Assembly: GCA_045535965.1 (NCBI GenBank) | Contig: JAZSMR010000089.1 | Coordinates: forward strand, 4,457-68,456 | Direction: 5' to 3' | Source: Acutalibacteraceae bacterium | Lineage (GTDB): Bacteria; Bacillota; Clostridia; Oscillospirales; Acutalibacteraceae | DNA: 64,000 bases | Notes under the pieces: model-generated | What the model saw: only the letters and a program-made list of their open reading frames with translations | Database searches by the model: none | Told to the model about the DNA's origin: nothing | Position numbers and translations under genes: made by a program | Shown here: in pieces, positions 1 to 8,865 of the stretch | Layout of the letters: the number at the start of each line of letters is the position of its first letter | Position numbering within the stretch: the stretch's first letter is position 1

Positions 1-85
1 GGCAAACATTGATTACGTGCTCGAAATCCCAGTTCCAGACCGTATCAAGGTGAGCGGTTGCGATAGTATAAATTTTCTTGTCCAT
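1..85 (-). CDS. 5' end (about 28 codons) of a gene that runs off the window; possibly a GH38-like glycoside hydrolase N-terminus
   Basis: The reverse complement opens with ATG at 83-85 and reads MDKKIYTIATAHLDTVWNWDFEHVINVC with no stop before the window edge. A GAGGTG Shine-Dalgarno-like sequence lies at 90-95. AHLDxVWxW resembles the H-x-D metal-binding N-terminus of GH38 alpha-mannosidases, but 28 aa is too short for a firm call. Confidence 0.3.
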   Translation of the reverse strand, partial: MDKKIYTIATAHLDTVWNWDFEHVINVC

Positions 86-126
86 AATGCACCTCTGTTT
101 TGTATTTTAAGGCTTGCGCCAATTAT

Positions 127-582
127 TTATTGTTTTTTTACTGCAGGAATTGATAAAGCGGAAAATATTAACTGATGAACAGTGAAAACAGTCAGTAAAA
201 CTACAAGATTTTCATACACTGTTCCGGTATACGGAGCGACAAATCCTAATCTGAACTGACTGATAAGGTAAGACAGATAAACTGCAAAGTTAAATATCAT
301 TGAAGAACCGATGACGGCGGTTGCTCCAATCAAAATATTTTTTGACAAAACACCGGACCAGATTTTATAGTCCTTAAGATATGCATACATGAAATTAACT
401 GCGCCTGCAAGGGAAAACACAGGAGTGAGTGTCAGAACCCAAAGAGCATCTTTTCCTGAATACTGAATACCATTTGCAAGCTCAGAATCCGGTAAAACAA
501 CAAAAATAATCAAGGCTGCAAGAGACATCAACGCACCGGCAAAAGCAAGTGTAATAGTTTTAGTTCTGTTTAAATTAGACAT
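127..582 (-). CDS. small polytopic membrane protein, family not recognised
   Basis: 151-aa ORF with an RBS (aaggagaaaatctgATG). About five hydrophobic helices by eye, e.g. ITLAFAGALMSLAALIIFVVL, ALWVLTLTPVFSLAGAVNFMYAYL, LVVLLTVFTVHQLIFSALSI. It has its own promoter downstream of the tyrS terminator. Confidence 0.75.
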   Translation of the reverse strand: MSNLNRTKTITLAFAGALMSLAALIIFVVLPDSELANGIQYSGKDALWVLTLTPVFSLAGAVNFMYAYLKDYKIWSGVLSKNILIGATAVIGSSMIFNFAVYLSYLISQFRLGFVAPYTGTVYENLVVLLTVFTVHQLIFSALSIPAVKKQ

Positions 583-621
583 CAGATTTTCTCCTTAAAC
601 TATTTATAATTAACCTTTTAT

Positions 622-650
622 ATGATAACACAATATATCGTGTATTTCAA
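622..650 (-). promoter_or_regulatory. sigma-A-type promoter of the 151-aa membrane protein gene (TTGAAA-17-TATCAT)
   Basis: The minus strand reads TTGAAA (645-650), a 17-nt spacer, then TATCAT (622-627), about 35 nt upstream of the ATG at 582. Confidence 0.5.
628..643. promoter_or_regulatory. 16-bp palindrome matching the NrdR-box consensus, located in the promoter spacer
   Basis: The minus strand reads ACACGATATATTGTGT (plus strand acacaatatatcgtgt). Seven of eight arm positions are self-complementary. It matches the consensus acaCwAtATaTwGtgt at 15 of 16 positions. It fills the -35/-10 spacer almost exactly, which is a typical repressor position. Confidence 0.45.
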
Positions 651-696
651 CAAAATAATCGTATCTTCTTAAAAATTTAAAATATAAATAAAAATC

Positions 697-720
697 GCCG
701 GACAATTTCAGTTGTCCGGC
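697..720 (-). terminator. rho-independent terminator of tyrS
   Basis: GCCGGACAA / TTGTCCGGC is a 9-bp perfect stem with a 6-nt loop. On the minus strand it is followed by GATTTTTATTTATATTTT. It lies 12 nt after the tyrS stop. Confidence 0.8.
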
Positions 721-731
721 AAAAACGAGAA

Positions 732-1958
732 TTATTCAACAATAAATTTAACGAAGATTTTCTTACCTTTTTTAACAATTACGTGTCCTTTTTCAAAGGC
801 AGAAACAGCAACAGTATCGGCAAAGCTTTTTGCTTTTTCATCATCAACCGTAACACCGCCCTGCTCAATAAGACGTCTGCCTTCACCGCGCGACTTAATG
901 ATTTCAGCTTTAAGCATCATATCAATAAGTGAAACAGAGCCGTCGGTGAAATCGTCAGCTGTAAGTACGGTTGTAGGCATATTGTCTGTATTTGCTCCGC
1001 CGCCGAAAAGTGCCTTTGCAGCTTCGTCAGCCTTCTTAGCTTCTTCTTCTCCGTGCACAAGCTTTGTAAGCTCGTAAGCGAGGATTTCCTTGGCAGTGTT
1101 AAGCTGACTGCCTTCCCAGTCATTCATCTTATCGATTTCTTCTATAGGAAGAAATGTGAGCATTCTGATGCACTTGAGTACGTCGGCGTCAGCAACGTTT
1201 CTCCAGTACTGGTAGAACTCATAAGGGCTTGTCTTCTTCGGGTCAAGCCATACAGCACCGCTCTGGGTTTTACCCATCTTCTTGCCTTCTGAGTTGAGGA
1301 GAAGAGTAATAGTCATAGCGGCAGCATCTTCGCCGAGCTTTCTTCTGATAAGCTCAGTACCGCCGAGCATATTGCTCCACTGGTCGTCACCGCCGAACTG
1401 TAAGTTACAGCCATACTTCTGGAAAAGCTGATAGAAGTCATAGCTCTGCATAATCATATAGTTGAATTCAAGGAATGAAAGACCCTTTTCCATTCTCTGC
1501 TTGTAGCACTCAGCTGAAAGCATGCGGTTAACTGAGAAACAGGCACCAACCTCACGGAGTACCTCAATATAATTGAGATCAAGAAGCCAGTCAGCGTTGT
1601 TTACCATAATTGCCTTACCGTCTGAGAAGTCGATGAATTTGCTCATCTGCTCTTTGAAGCAGTCACAGTTATGCTGAATAGTTTCGGTTGTCATCATCTG
1701 ACGCATATCACTTCTGCCTGAGGGATCGCCTATCATCGCAGTACCGCCGCCGATAAGAGCAATAGGCTTGTTGCCGGCCATTTGAAGTCTCTTCATAAGA
1801 CAAAGAGCCATAAAGTGACCAACATGAAGCGAATCTGCTGTGGGGTCAAAACCAATATAGAAAACAGCCTTGCCGTTGTTTACAAGGTCTCTGATTCTTT
1901 CTTCATCTGTAACCTGTGCAATAAGTCCTCTTGCAACAAGCTCTTCATAAATTTTCAT
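732..1958 (-). CDS. tyrS: tyrosine--tRNA ligase
   Basis: 408 aa. Class I HIGH motif (LHVGHF), KMSKS-type motif (KMGKT), and a C-terminal S4-like domain. Length is typical. Confidence 0.97.
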   Translation of the reverse strand: MKIYEELVARGLIAQVTDEERIRDLVNNGKAVFYIGFDPTADSLHVGHFMALCLMKRLQMAGNKPIALIGGGTAMIGDPSGRSDMRQMMTTETIQHNCDCFKEQMSKFIDFSDGKAIMVNNADWLLDLNYIEVLREVGACFSVNRMLSAECYKQRMEKGLSFLEFNYMIMQSYDFYQLFQKYGCNLQFGGDDQWSNMLGGTELIRRKLGEDAAAMTITLLLNSEGKKMGKTQSGAVWLDPKKTSPYEFYQYWRNVADADVLKCIRMLTFLPIEEIDKMNDWEGSQLNTAKEILAYELTKLVHGEEEAKKADEAAKALFGGGANTDNMPTTVLTADDFTDGSVSLIDMMLKAEIIKSRGEGRRLIEQGGVTVDDEKAKSFADTVAVSAFEKGHVIVKKGKKIFVKFIVE

Positions 1959-1992
1959 TTTTATCCTTCTTTCTGATTTTTATGCTTTGTCT

Positions 1993-2021
1993 ATTCTACA
2001 GATTTAACCTTTTAAAGTCAA
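1993..2021 (-). promoter_or_regulatory. sigma-A-type promoter of tyrS (TTGACT-17-TAGAAT)
   Basis: The minus strand reads TTGACT (2016-2021), a 17-nt spacer, then TAGAAT (1993-1998), directly after the recN stop. This leaves a leader of only about 30 nt. Confidence 0.5.
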
Positions 2022-2025
2022 GAGG

Positions 2026-3711
2026 TTAAAAGGAGTTTGTGTCATCTTTTGCAAATTCTATCATTTCTTCAGCGGATTTAAGTGTAGTCAGAGTAATAAT
2101 ATCGCCGCCGATGATTCTCGCAATCTCACGAACCCGTTCGTTATAGCTGAGTTCGGTTACTTTAGTGTAAGTCCTGCCCTCTTCTACCGTCTTTTCAATA
2201 TAGAGGTGATTGTCAGCGTATGCAGCAATCTGAGCAAGATGTGTCACACACAAAACCTGTTTATTCTTAGAGAGCTCGTGTAATTTATATGCAATCTTCA
2301 GTGCCGCTCTGCCGCTGACACCGGTATCAATTTCGTCAAACACCATTGAAGAAATTTCATCACTGTCCGAAAGAACACATCTTATAGCAAGCATTACTCG
2401 TGAAAGCTCACCGCCAGAGGCAATTTTAGCAAGAGGCTTCGGCTCCTGACCGGGATTAGCTGTGAAAAGGAATTCAACATCATCGATGCCTGTCTGTGTT
2501 GCAGGTGCATCTCTGAACTCTGCCGTGAAAGCGGCTCCGGGCATATCGAGATAATGCAAATCATCAGTAACCTTCTCTTGGAAAACAGAAGCAGCCTGCT
2601 TTCTGCAATCTGAAAGATAACAGCCTTTGTTGAATAAATCTTCACTGAGCTCGTCATATTTTTCCTGAAGAATCTGCGCTTTTTCATCACCGAGAGTAAT
2701 ATCTTCATATTCCCGAGTGATTTTATTGAGATAATCAAGCATTTCTTCTTCAGTATCACCGTATTTCTTCGAAAGGCGGTAAAGAATATCGAGGCGCTCC
2801 TCGACTGCATTAATGTCGATATCGTTATCTTCAATATCGCTGAGACAGTCATTTATATCATCACTGCAATCATCTAAAGCATACTTAAGCTCAGTAATGG
2901 AATTAGCTGAGTTCGAAAATCTGCCGTCAAACTGAGACAGCTCCTTCAGATAAGCAGCAAGTGCATCAATATCCGAAAGTATTCCTGACATTTCACCGTC
3001 ACCGTTTAAAATATTACGGCAAAGATTAAGCGAAGCGAGAATTTTTTCCTTGTTCTGATACTTTTTCTTTTCTTCAGTAAGTGCTTCTTTTTCACCGACT
3101 TTAATATTTGCATTCGTGAGCTCATTAATCTGAAAGCCGAGGTACTCGAGTTTTCGCTCTTTGTCTGATTCATCACTAAGGAGACTTCTGAGCTGTTTTC
3201 TTACAGTTTTAATTTCACTGAAAATCTCTGAATAGCTGTCAAAATACTCCTGACAATCTGCAATGCTGTCAATATAACCAAGGTGCTTTTCCTTAACAAG
3301 AAGATGCTGGCTGTCATGCTGACCGCAGATGGTTATAAGGTCTCTTCCTATGCTTTTGAGCATAGATACAGTTACGGAATGCCCGTTGATTTTACAGTTA
3401 TTTCTGCCGTCAAGTGTGATAGCTCTCGAAATAAGAAGCGAATCGTCGTCATCACAGTCAATGTCGTATTCTCTGAGCTTTTCAAGAACCGAAAAAGGAA
3501 CGCCTTCAAAAAACGCTGTGACCTTAGCTTTGTCAGCACCGTCACGTATAAGTTCGCGTGATGTTCTTTCGCCTAAAATTGCATTGATTGAGTCAATAAC
3601 GATAGATTTACCTGCACCGGTTTCGCCAGTGAGTATATTTAATCCGCGACCGAAAAGAATTTCCGCTTTTTCAATCACAGCTACATTTTCAATTTTTAAA
3701 CTTGATAACAT
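2026..3711 (-). CDS. recN: DNA repair protein RecN
   Basis: 561 aa. SMC-like protein with N-terminal Walker A (GETGAGKS), a long coiled-coil middle, and a C-terminal signature and Walker B region (SGGELSR, VFDEIDTG). Confidence 0.96.
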   Translation of the reverse strand: MLSSLKIENVAVIEKAEILFGRGLNILTGETGAGKSIVIDSINAILGERTSRELIRDGADKAKVTAFFEGVPFSVLEKLREYDIDCDDDDSLLISRAITLDGRNNCKINGHSVTVSMLKSIGRDLITICGQHDSQHLLVKEKHLGYIDSIADCQEYFDSYSEIFSEIKTVRKQLRSLLSDESDKERKLEYLGFQINELTNANIKVGEKEALTEEKKKYQNKEKILASLNLCRNILNGDGEMSGILSDIDALAAYLKELSQFDGRFSNSANSITELKYALDDCSDDINDCLSDIEDNDIDINAVEERLDILYRLSKKYGDTEEEMLDYLNKITREYEDITLGDEKAQILQEKYDELSEDLFNKGCYLSDCRKQAASVFQEKVTDDLHYLDMPGAAFTAEFRDAPATQTGIDDVEFLFTANPGQEPKPLAKIASGGELSRVMLAIRCVLSDSDEISSMVFDEIDTGVSGRAALKIAYKLHELSKNKQVLCVTHLAQIAAYADNHLYIEKTVEEGRTYTKVTELSYNERVREIARIIGGDIITLTTLKSAEEMIEFAKDDTNSF

Positions 3712-3739
3712 AAAGCGTTATTCCTTTCGGAGAGAGTGT

Positions 3740-4195
3740 TTACTGAATTCCCGTAATTTTTTCTATGCGCTTTTTTAGCTCTGAAGCAGCACCTTCATCT
3801 TTGCAAAGTACAAAAATAGTATCATCACCTGCGAGGGTACCCACAATTTTATCTGTGACAATATTATCAACTGCTGTGCAGGCAGCCTGAGCCATGCCTG
3901 TGTAACACTTAACAACAGCCATATTGCCTGCATAGTTTACGCTGACAACAGAGTGTGAAAGGATCGAGTAATACTTCTGTGTATAATCCTCGGAATCCTT
4001 CTGCACATAGACATACTTATATTCACCGTCACCTGTGGGTGTTTTGATGAGTCTGAGAGCCTTGATATCTCTGGAGATTGTTGCCTGAGTTACAGAAAAG
4101 CCCTCTTCAATAAGTCTTTCAAGAAGTGCTTCCTGAGTACCGATATTTTCCTTCTCGATAAGTGAAAGTATCACTTCGTGTCTTGCTTTTTTCAT
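3740..4195 (-). CDS. argR: arginine repressor ArgR/AhrC
   Basis: 151 aa. N-terminal winged-helix (QATISRDI) and the C-terminal oligomerisation motif GTLAGDDTIFV. Conserved position next to recN. Confidence 0.93.
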   Translation of the reverse strand: MKKARHEVILSLIEKENIGTQEALLERLIEEGFSVTQATISRDIKALRLIKTPTGDGEYKYVYVQKDSEDYTQKYYSILSHSVVSVNYAGNMAVVKCYTGMAQAACTAVDNIVTDKIVGTLAGDDTIFVLCKDEGAASELKKRIEKITGIQ

Positions 4196-5070
4196 AACGT
4201 TTCCTCCTTGACATCGGAATATCTTTCAATGAGCTTCTGTGAGAAGATATCCGCGAAACTGTCGGATTTTATTTTTATGAGCTTAGTCACTCTTTGTGCT
4301 TTGCTGATTTCAAGATAGTCATTTACACCTAGACCTATGCCCGGATTGCCGTCGCAACTGAAAACAGGTAGAGAAATTTCGTTGTTCATAACCTTCAGCT
4401 TGATAACTGAGTCAGATTCGAATATCATCGAGCGTGTAAACAACGAATGAGGGCAAATCGGTGTAAGTATAAGACTTTCAATTGCCGTATCAACTACCGG
4501 TCCGCCGGCTGATAATGAATATGCAGTTGAGCCTGTGGGTGTTGCAACTATTATTCCGTCTGCGATAAAATTGTTGATTCTGCCCTTGTTATAGTTGGCA
4601 GAAATTTCGCAAAGACGCAGTGAAGTTCCTCTTGCTATTACACAGTCATTAAGGCAGTAGTACCCCCCTTTTAACTTGTCCGATGAAAAATGTGATACTT
4701 TCAGCATCATTCTTTTATCTGTTGTATAACTACCGTTAAAGAGGCAGCTTAAAAGGTTAAGCTCCTGTTTTTCAAGACCTGCAAGAAAACCGAGTCGGCC
4801 AGCATTTATTCCTAATATCGGCTTGTCATATTCCGCCGCAAAATGCGCCGCGTGTATTATCGTACCGTCACCGCCGATTGCAATGATAATGTCGCACAAG
4901 GCAACGGCAGAGTCCTCGTCAAGAAACTTAACGTTAAAATCGGGAAAGTATTCCTTTAATTCAAGTGACATTGAAATTTCGGCACCCAAAGAAGACAGTT
5001 CATCGTATACGTTGGTTGTTACCTCGTATGCGTGCTTTCGAGTCATATTGGTGTGAATATGTATTATCAT
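4192..5070 (-). CDS. nadK: NAD(+) kinase
   Basis: GGDGT motif (IAIGGDGTIIHAA) and a C-terminal TPTGSTAYSLSAGGP motif. I placed the start at ATG 5070, which is 6 nt after GGAGGTGAG; the ORF track begins at GTG 5079. Confidence 0.93.
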   Translation of the reverse strand: MIIHIHTNMTRKHAYEVTTNVYDELSSLGAEISMSLELKEYFPDFNVKFLDEDSAVALCDIIIAIGGDGTIIHAAHFAAEYDKPILGINAGRLGFLAGLEKQELNLLSCLFNGSYTTDKRMMLKVSHFSSDKLKGGYYCLNDCVIARGTSLRLCEISANYNKGRINNFIADGIIVATPTGSTAYSLSAGGPVVDTAIESLILTPICPHSLFTRSMIFESDSVIKLKVMNNEISLPVFSCDGNPGIGLGVNDYLEISKAQRVTKLIKIKSDSFADIFSQKLIERYSDVKEETL

Positions 5071-5071
5071 A

Positions 5072-5887
5072 TTACTCACCTCCGCTGAGAACTTCGTGGG
5101 ACTGTATAACGATTTCTTCGGGTGTTCTTGTTAAAAGCGACTCAGATTCATCGCATTTCTCAATGTAAATAAGATACTCGATATTTCCCTGAGGACCTTT
5201 AATGGGCGAATAATCAAGATTGAGCACTTTAAAGCCTTGATCAAGAACAAAATTATAAATGTTTGTGACTACTTCGGTGTGTGTATCAATATCGCGTACA
5301 ACGCCCTTTTTACCGACCTTTTCTTTACCGGCCTCAAACTGCGGCTTTATAAGGCACACAGCCCTGCCTCCTGTTTTGAGAAGCTCTCTCATAGGCGGGA
5401 TGATGTGCTTTAAGGAAATGAATGATACGTCGACACTTGCAAAGTCAATTTCCTCAGGTATTTCCTCGTGAGTAACATATCTGAAGTTGGTACGCTCCAT
5501 ATTTACTACTCTGCTGTCACTTCTTAGTTTCCACGCAAGCTGACCGTAGCCAACGTCGATAGAATAAACCTTAACGGCACCGTTTATGAGCATACAGTCA
5601 GTAAAGCCGCCTGTTGAAGCGCCGATATCCATACAGATGCAATCTCTGAGGTCAAGGTTAAATTCCTTCACAGCCTTTTCGAGTTTATAACCACCGCGGC
5701 TTACATAGGGCATTTTTTCGCCTCTGAGTTCAATACAATCCTCGGATTTTATGCTTGTGCCCGCCTTGGTTTCTTTCTGTCCGTTGACATAAACGAGACC
5801 TGCCATAATAAGAGCTTTACCCTTCTCACGGCTGTCTACAAATCCTCTTTCGAGCATCGCTACATCAAGTCTGACTTTTTCAATCAT
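5072..5887 (-). CDS. tlyA: TlyA-family rRNA 2'-O-methyltransferase (hemolysin A-like)
   Basis: 271 aa. N-terminal S4 domain and an FtsJ-type SAM site (DIGASTGGFTD). Conserved dxs-tlyA-nadK-argR-recN order. Confidence 0.92.
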   Translation of the reverse strand: MIEKVRLDVAMLERGFVDSREKGKALIMAGLVYVNGQKETKAGTSIKSEDCIELRGEKMPYVSRGGYKLEKAVKEFNLDLRDCICMDIGASTGGFTDCMLINGAVKVYSIDVGYGQLAWKLRSDSRVVNMERTNFRYVTHEEIPEEIDFASVDVSFISLKHIIPPMRELLKTGGRAVCLIKPQFEAGKEKVGKKGVVRDIDTHTEVVTNIYNFVLDQGFKVLNLDYSPIKGPQGNIEYLIYIEKCDESESLLTRTPEEIVIQSHEVLSGGE

Positions 5888-5888
5888 A

Positions 5889-7742
5889 TTATTTCTCCGT
5901 AATTTTATTTATAATGGATTGAGCATCGAGTTTATAGGCTGTTAACAGATCGCTGACGCTTGCCTGCTCGACAAACTTGTCCTCAACAGCTGTAATGCTG
6001 TATTTGCAGTTAACGCCCTTTTCAAGCAGCGCACTGCCGAGTTTTTCGCCTGCACCGCCGCTTTTCATGCCTTCTTCAAAGAAGTATATCTCTTTTTTGT
6101 CTGCAAGAAGCTCCGACACCTGCTCGGGAATAGGTTTAATCTGATTAAGTGCAAGAAGCAGTGTATCAACGTCTTTTTCTTTTAATATATCAACTGCATC
6201 AATAGCCGCACTTGTTATTCTGCCGTAAGTTACAACAACTGTTTTAGCCTCTTTATTGCCGTATAAGGCATATTCTATTGTGGGATACTTAAGCTTTTTC
6301 ACATTGTCTTTTTGTGAGCCTCTCGGGTATCTGATAGCAACCGAAAGCTTATCTGCATAGAGAGCATTATTTATATCCGCATCAAGACTTCTGAAACAGC
6401 AAGGCGAATAAACCTTAATGTCAGGTATTGTATTAAGGAAAGTCACATCAAAGAGTCCGTGATGTGTTTCGCCGTCTTCACCCACAAAGCCTGCTCTGTC
6501 TATTGCGAAAATAATCTTCTGCTTTTGCAAAGATACATCGTGTACTATTTGATCATAGCATCTCTGAAGGAATGTTGAATACACTGCATAAACAGGCTTA
6601 AAACCGTTTTTTGCAAGCCCTGAAGCAAAAGTAACGGCGTGTTCTTCAGCTATACCCACATCGAAAAATCTTTCAGGGAAACGCTTGCTGAAATTGTTAA
6701 GCCCCGTACCGATGCCCATAGCGGCAGTAATAGCACAAATTGAGTTATCTTTCTCAGCAAGTTCACAGAGTCTCTTTCCGAAGCACTCTGAAAAGCTCTC
6801 ACCTGAAAGCTTATATTCGCCTGTATCTGCATCGAATTTTGATATACCGTGGAATACACTCGGATCCTTTTCGGCGTGTTCATAGCCCTTACCTTTGGTT
6901 GTTATAACGTGTAACAAAACAGGACCGTTGACTGCTTTTGCCGACTCAAAGGCATCACAGAGGTTTTCAATGTTATGACCGTCAATTGGCCCCATATATC
7001 TGTATCCTAAATCTTCAAAGAAAGTGCTTTGAGTATAAAGCTTATTTTTAATATCGGTTTTGATGTCATAAATTTTTGCAGCAATTTTTTCACCGAAAGG
7101 AAGTTTGGAAATAACATTTTCGGTTCTTGCTTTAAAGCTGTAATATTCAGGACGTGAGCGTATTACGGCAAGGTACTTTGCAAATGCACCGACGTTTTCG
7201 GAGATTGACATTTTATTGTCGTTGAGAACGATAATATGCTTTGCGCCGCTTCTGCCGCCGTTGTTGAGTGCCTCATAGACCATACCGCCTGTAAATGAGC
7301 CGTCACCGATTACGCTGATAACATAGCCGTCTTCATTTTTAAGAGATTTAGCCTGAGCAAGACCTAAGCCTGACGAAACGGATGTACCGCTGTGCCCGCT
7401 GTAAAAAATATCGTGCTCGCTTTCGCCGGGACGGCAAAAACCTGATATGCCGTCTTTTGTTCTTATTGTATCAAACAACTCATATCTGCCGGTGAGGAGC
7501 TTATGTGTATAGCACTGATGACCGACATCGAAAACTATCTGATCTTCGGGCGATAAAAAGACCTTATGCATAGCAACAGACAACTCAACAACACCTAAGT
7601 TTGAAGCGAGATGTCCGCCGTTTTTAGATACAGTTGAAATCAGTTTATCTCTTATTTCGTCACACAGCAACTCAAGACCTTGGAAATCCAAAGTCTTAAT
7701 ATCAGCCGGACTATTAATTTTTGAGAGAATCTGATATTTCAT
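5889..7742 (-). CDS. dxs: 1-deoxy-D-xylulose-5-phosphate synthase
   Basis: 617 aa. TPP-binding GDG...N motif (IGDGSFTGGMVYEALNN) and GHSGTS. Confidence 0.97.
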   Translation of the reverse strand: MKYQILSKINSPADIKTLDFQGLELLCDEIRDKLISTVSKNGGHLASNLGVVELSVAMHKVFLSPEDQIVFDVGHQCYTHKLLTGRYELFDTIRTKDGISGFCRPGESEHDIFYSGHSGTSVSSGLGLAQAKSLKNEDGYVISVIGDGSFTGGMVYEALNNGGRSGAKHIIVLNDNKMSISENVGAFAKYLAVIRSRPEYYSFKARTENVISKLPFGEKIAAKIYDIKTDIKNKLYTQSTFFEDLGYRYMGPIDGHNIENLCDAFESAKAVNGPVLLHVITTKGKGYEHAEKDPSVFHGISKFDADTGEYKLSGESFSECFGKRLCELAEKDNSICAITAAMGIGTGLNNFSKRFPERFFDVGIAEEHAVTFASGLAKNGFKPVYAVYSTFLQRCYDQIVHDVSLQKQKIIFAIDRAGFVGEDGETHHGLFDVTFLNTIPDIKVYSPCCFRSLDADINNALYADKLSVAIRYPRGSQKDNVKKLKYPTIEYALYGNKEAKTVVVTYGRITSAAIDAVDILKEKDVDTLLLALNQIKPIPEQVSELLADKKEIYFFEEGMKSGGAGEKLGSALLEKGVNCKYSITAVEDKFVEQASVSDLLTAYKLDAQSIINKITEK

Positions 7743-7757
7743 TTTAACCGTCTCTTT

Positions 7758-8645
7758 TCAGTTTTTACGATTTATAAGGTTCATTGCAAGATCTCTGAGA
7801 AATTCTCCGTCAGAACCGAATATATTCAAGGCTTTAATTGCTTTGCATGTAAGCTCATCAGCATACTTTTTTGATTCTTCTATACCTAAGATTGAAACAT
7901 AGGTGGATTTATTACTCTGAGCATCACTGCCGATTGGTTTTCCCAACTCTTTTTCGTCACCGATTACGTCGAGTATATCATCGACAATCTGGAAAGCATG
8001 TCCTAAATTTTCAGCATAGTCTATTGCTGCTTTCATCATTTCATCAGTACCCTTTGCAGCGATAACACCGAGCACAGCCGCACATTTGATAAGTGCACCT
8101 GTTTTAAGAGAATCCATAGTTCTGAGCACTTCAAGTGAGCAGGGCTCGTCCTCATTTCTGAGATCGACAACCTGACCGCCTATCATACCGTCTGCACCTG
8201 CAAGGAAAGAAAGTTCAGCTACGGCTTTTATAGCAGATTCGGGTGACTTCTTTGCGATATCTGATTCGGCAATCATACCGAAAGCCTTTGTAAGAAGGCC
8301 GTCACCGGCTAAAAGCGCATACTCTTCGCCGAATTTTTTGTGGCATGAGGGCATACCGCGTCTCATATCATCGTCATCCATACAAGGCAGGTCATCGTGT
8401 ATAAGTGAATAAGTGTGTATCATTTCAATAGCAGCAGCAAAGGAAAGCGCGTCATTTATATCGCCGCCGCAGATTCTGCAAAATTCCAGAACAAGCACAG
8501 GGCGAATTCTTTTGCCGCCGATACCGAGAGAATACTTCATTGCCTCATGGACAATGTCTTCTCCGAAGTTGCACTCTCCTACTGCGGTGTCAAGATACTT
8601 ATTTATAATTCCTATATATTCATTAAGTGAATGTTTTTTATTCAT
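7758..8645 (-). CDS. ispA: polyprenyl (farnesyl/geranylgeranyl) diphosphate synthase
   Basis: Two Asp-rich motifs (IHDDLPCMDDDDMRRG and VDDILD). The start is placed at ATG 8645 (MNKKH), 7 nt after GAGGAT; the track ORF starts 9 nt upstream. Confidence 0.93.
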   Translation of the reverse strand: MNKKHSLNEYIGIINKYLDTAVGECNFGEDIVHEAMKYSLGIGGKRIRPVLVLEFCRICGGDINDALSFAAAIEMIHTYSLIHDDLPCMDDDDMRRGMPSCHKKFGEEYALLAGDGLLTKAFGMIAESDIAKKSPESAIKAVAELSFLAGADGMIGGQVVDLRNEDEPCSLEVLRTMDSLKTGALIKCAAVLGVIAAKGTDEMMKAAIDYAENLGHAFQIVDDILDVIGDEKELGKPIGSDAQSNKSTYVSILGIEESKKYADELTCKAIKALNIFGSDGEFLRDLAMNLINRKN

Positions 8646-8847
8646 CTGAATCATCCTCAGCTGTTAATTGTGATAATTCTGTAATTTTCTGTTTTGCACC
8701 GTTAAGAGTTTTGTTGCAAAAAGCAACAAGACCAACGCCCTCTTCATAAAGCTTGAGGGACATCTCAAGGTCATATTCACCGCTTTCAAGGCTTTCAGAA
8801 ATCTCCTTAAGTCTTATTAATGCGGTATCAAGCGTATACATTTCCAT
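8638..8847 (-). CDS. xseB: exodeoxyribonuclease VII small subunit
   Basis: 69-aa helical protein immediately downstream of xseA. Conserved xseA-xseB-ispA context. Confidence 0.88.
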   Translation of the reverse strand: MEMYTLDTALIRLKEISESLESGEYDLEMSLKLYEEGVGLVAFCNKTLNGAKQKITELSQLTAEDDSDE

Positions 8848-8865
8848 ATATATATTCCTTTCAGT

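Noticed and set aside
583-731. Search for a second, tandem NrdR box about 31-32 bp from the palindrome at 628-643
   Set aside because: The 16-mers at the expected spacing on either side show no meaningful match to the consensus. Only a single box can be claimed, which lowers confidence in the NrdR assignment.
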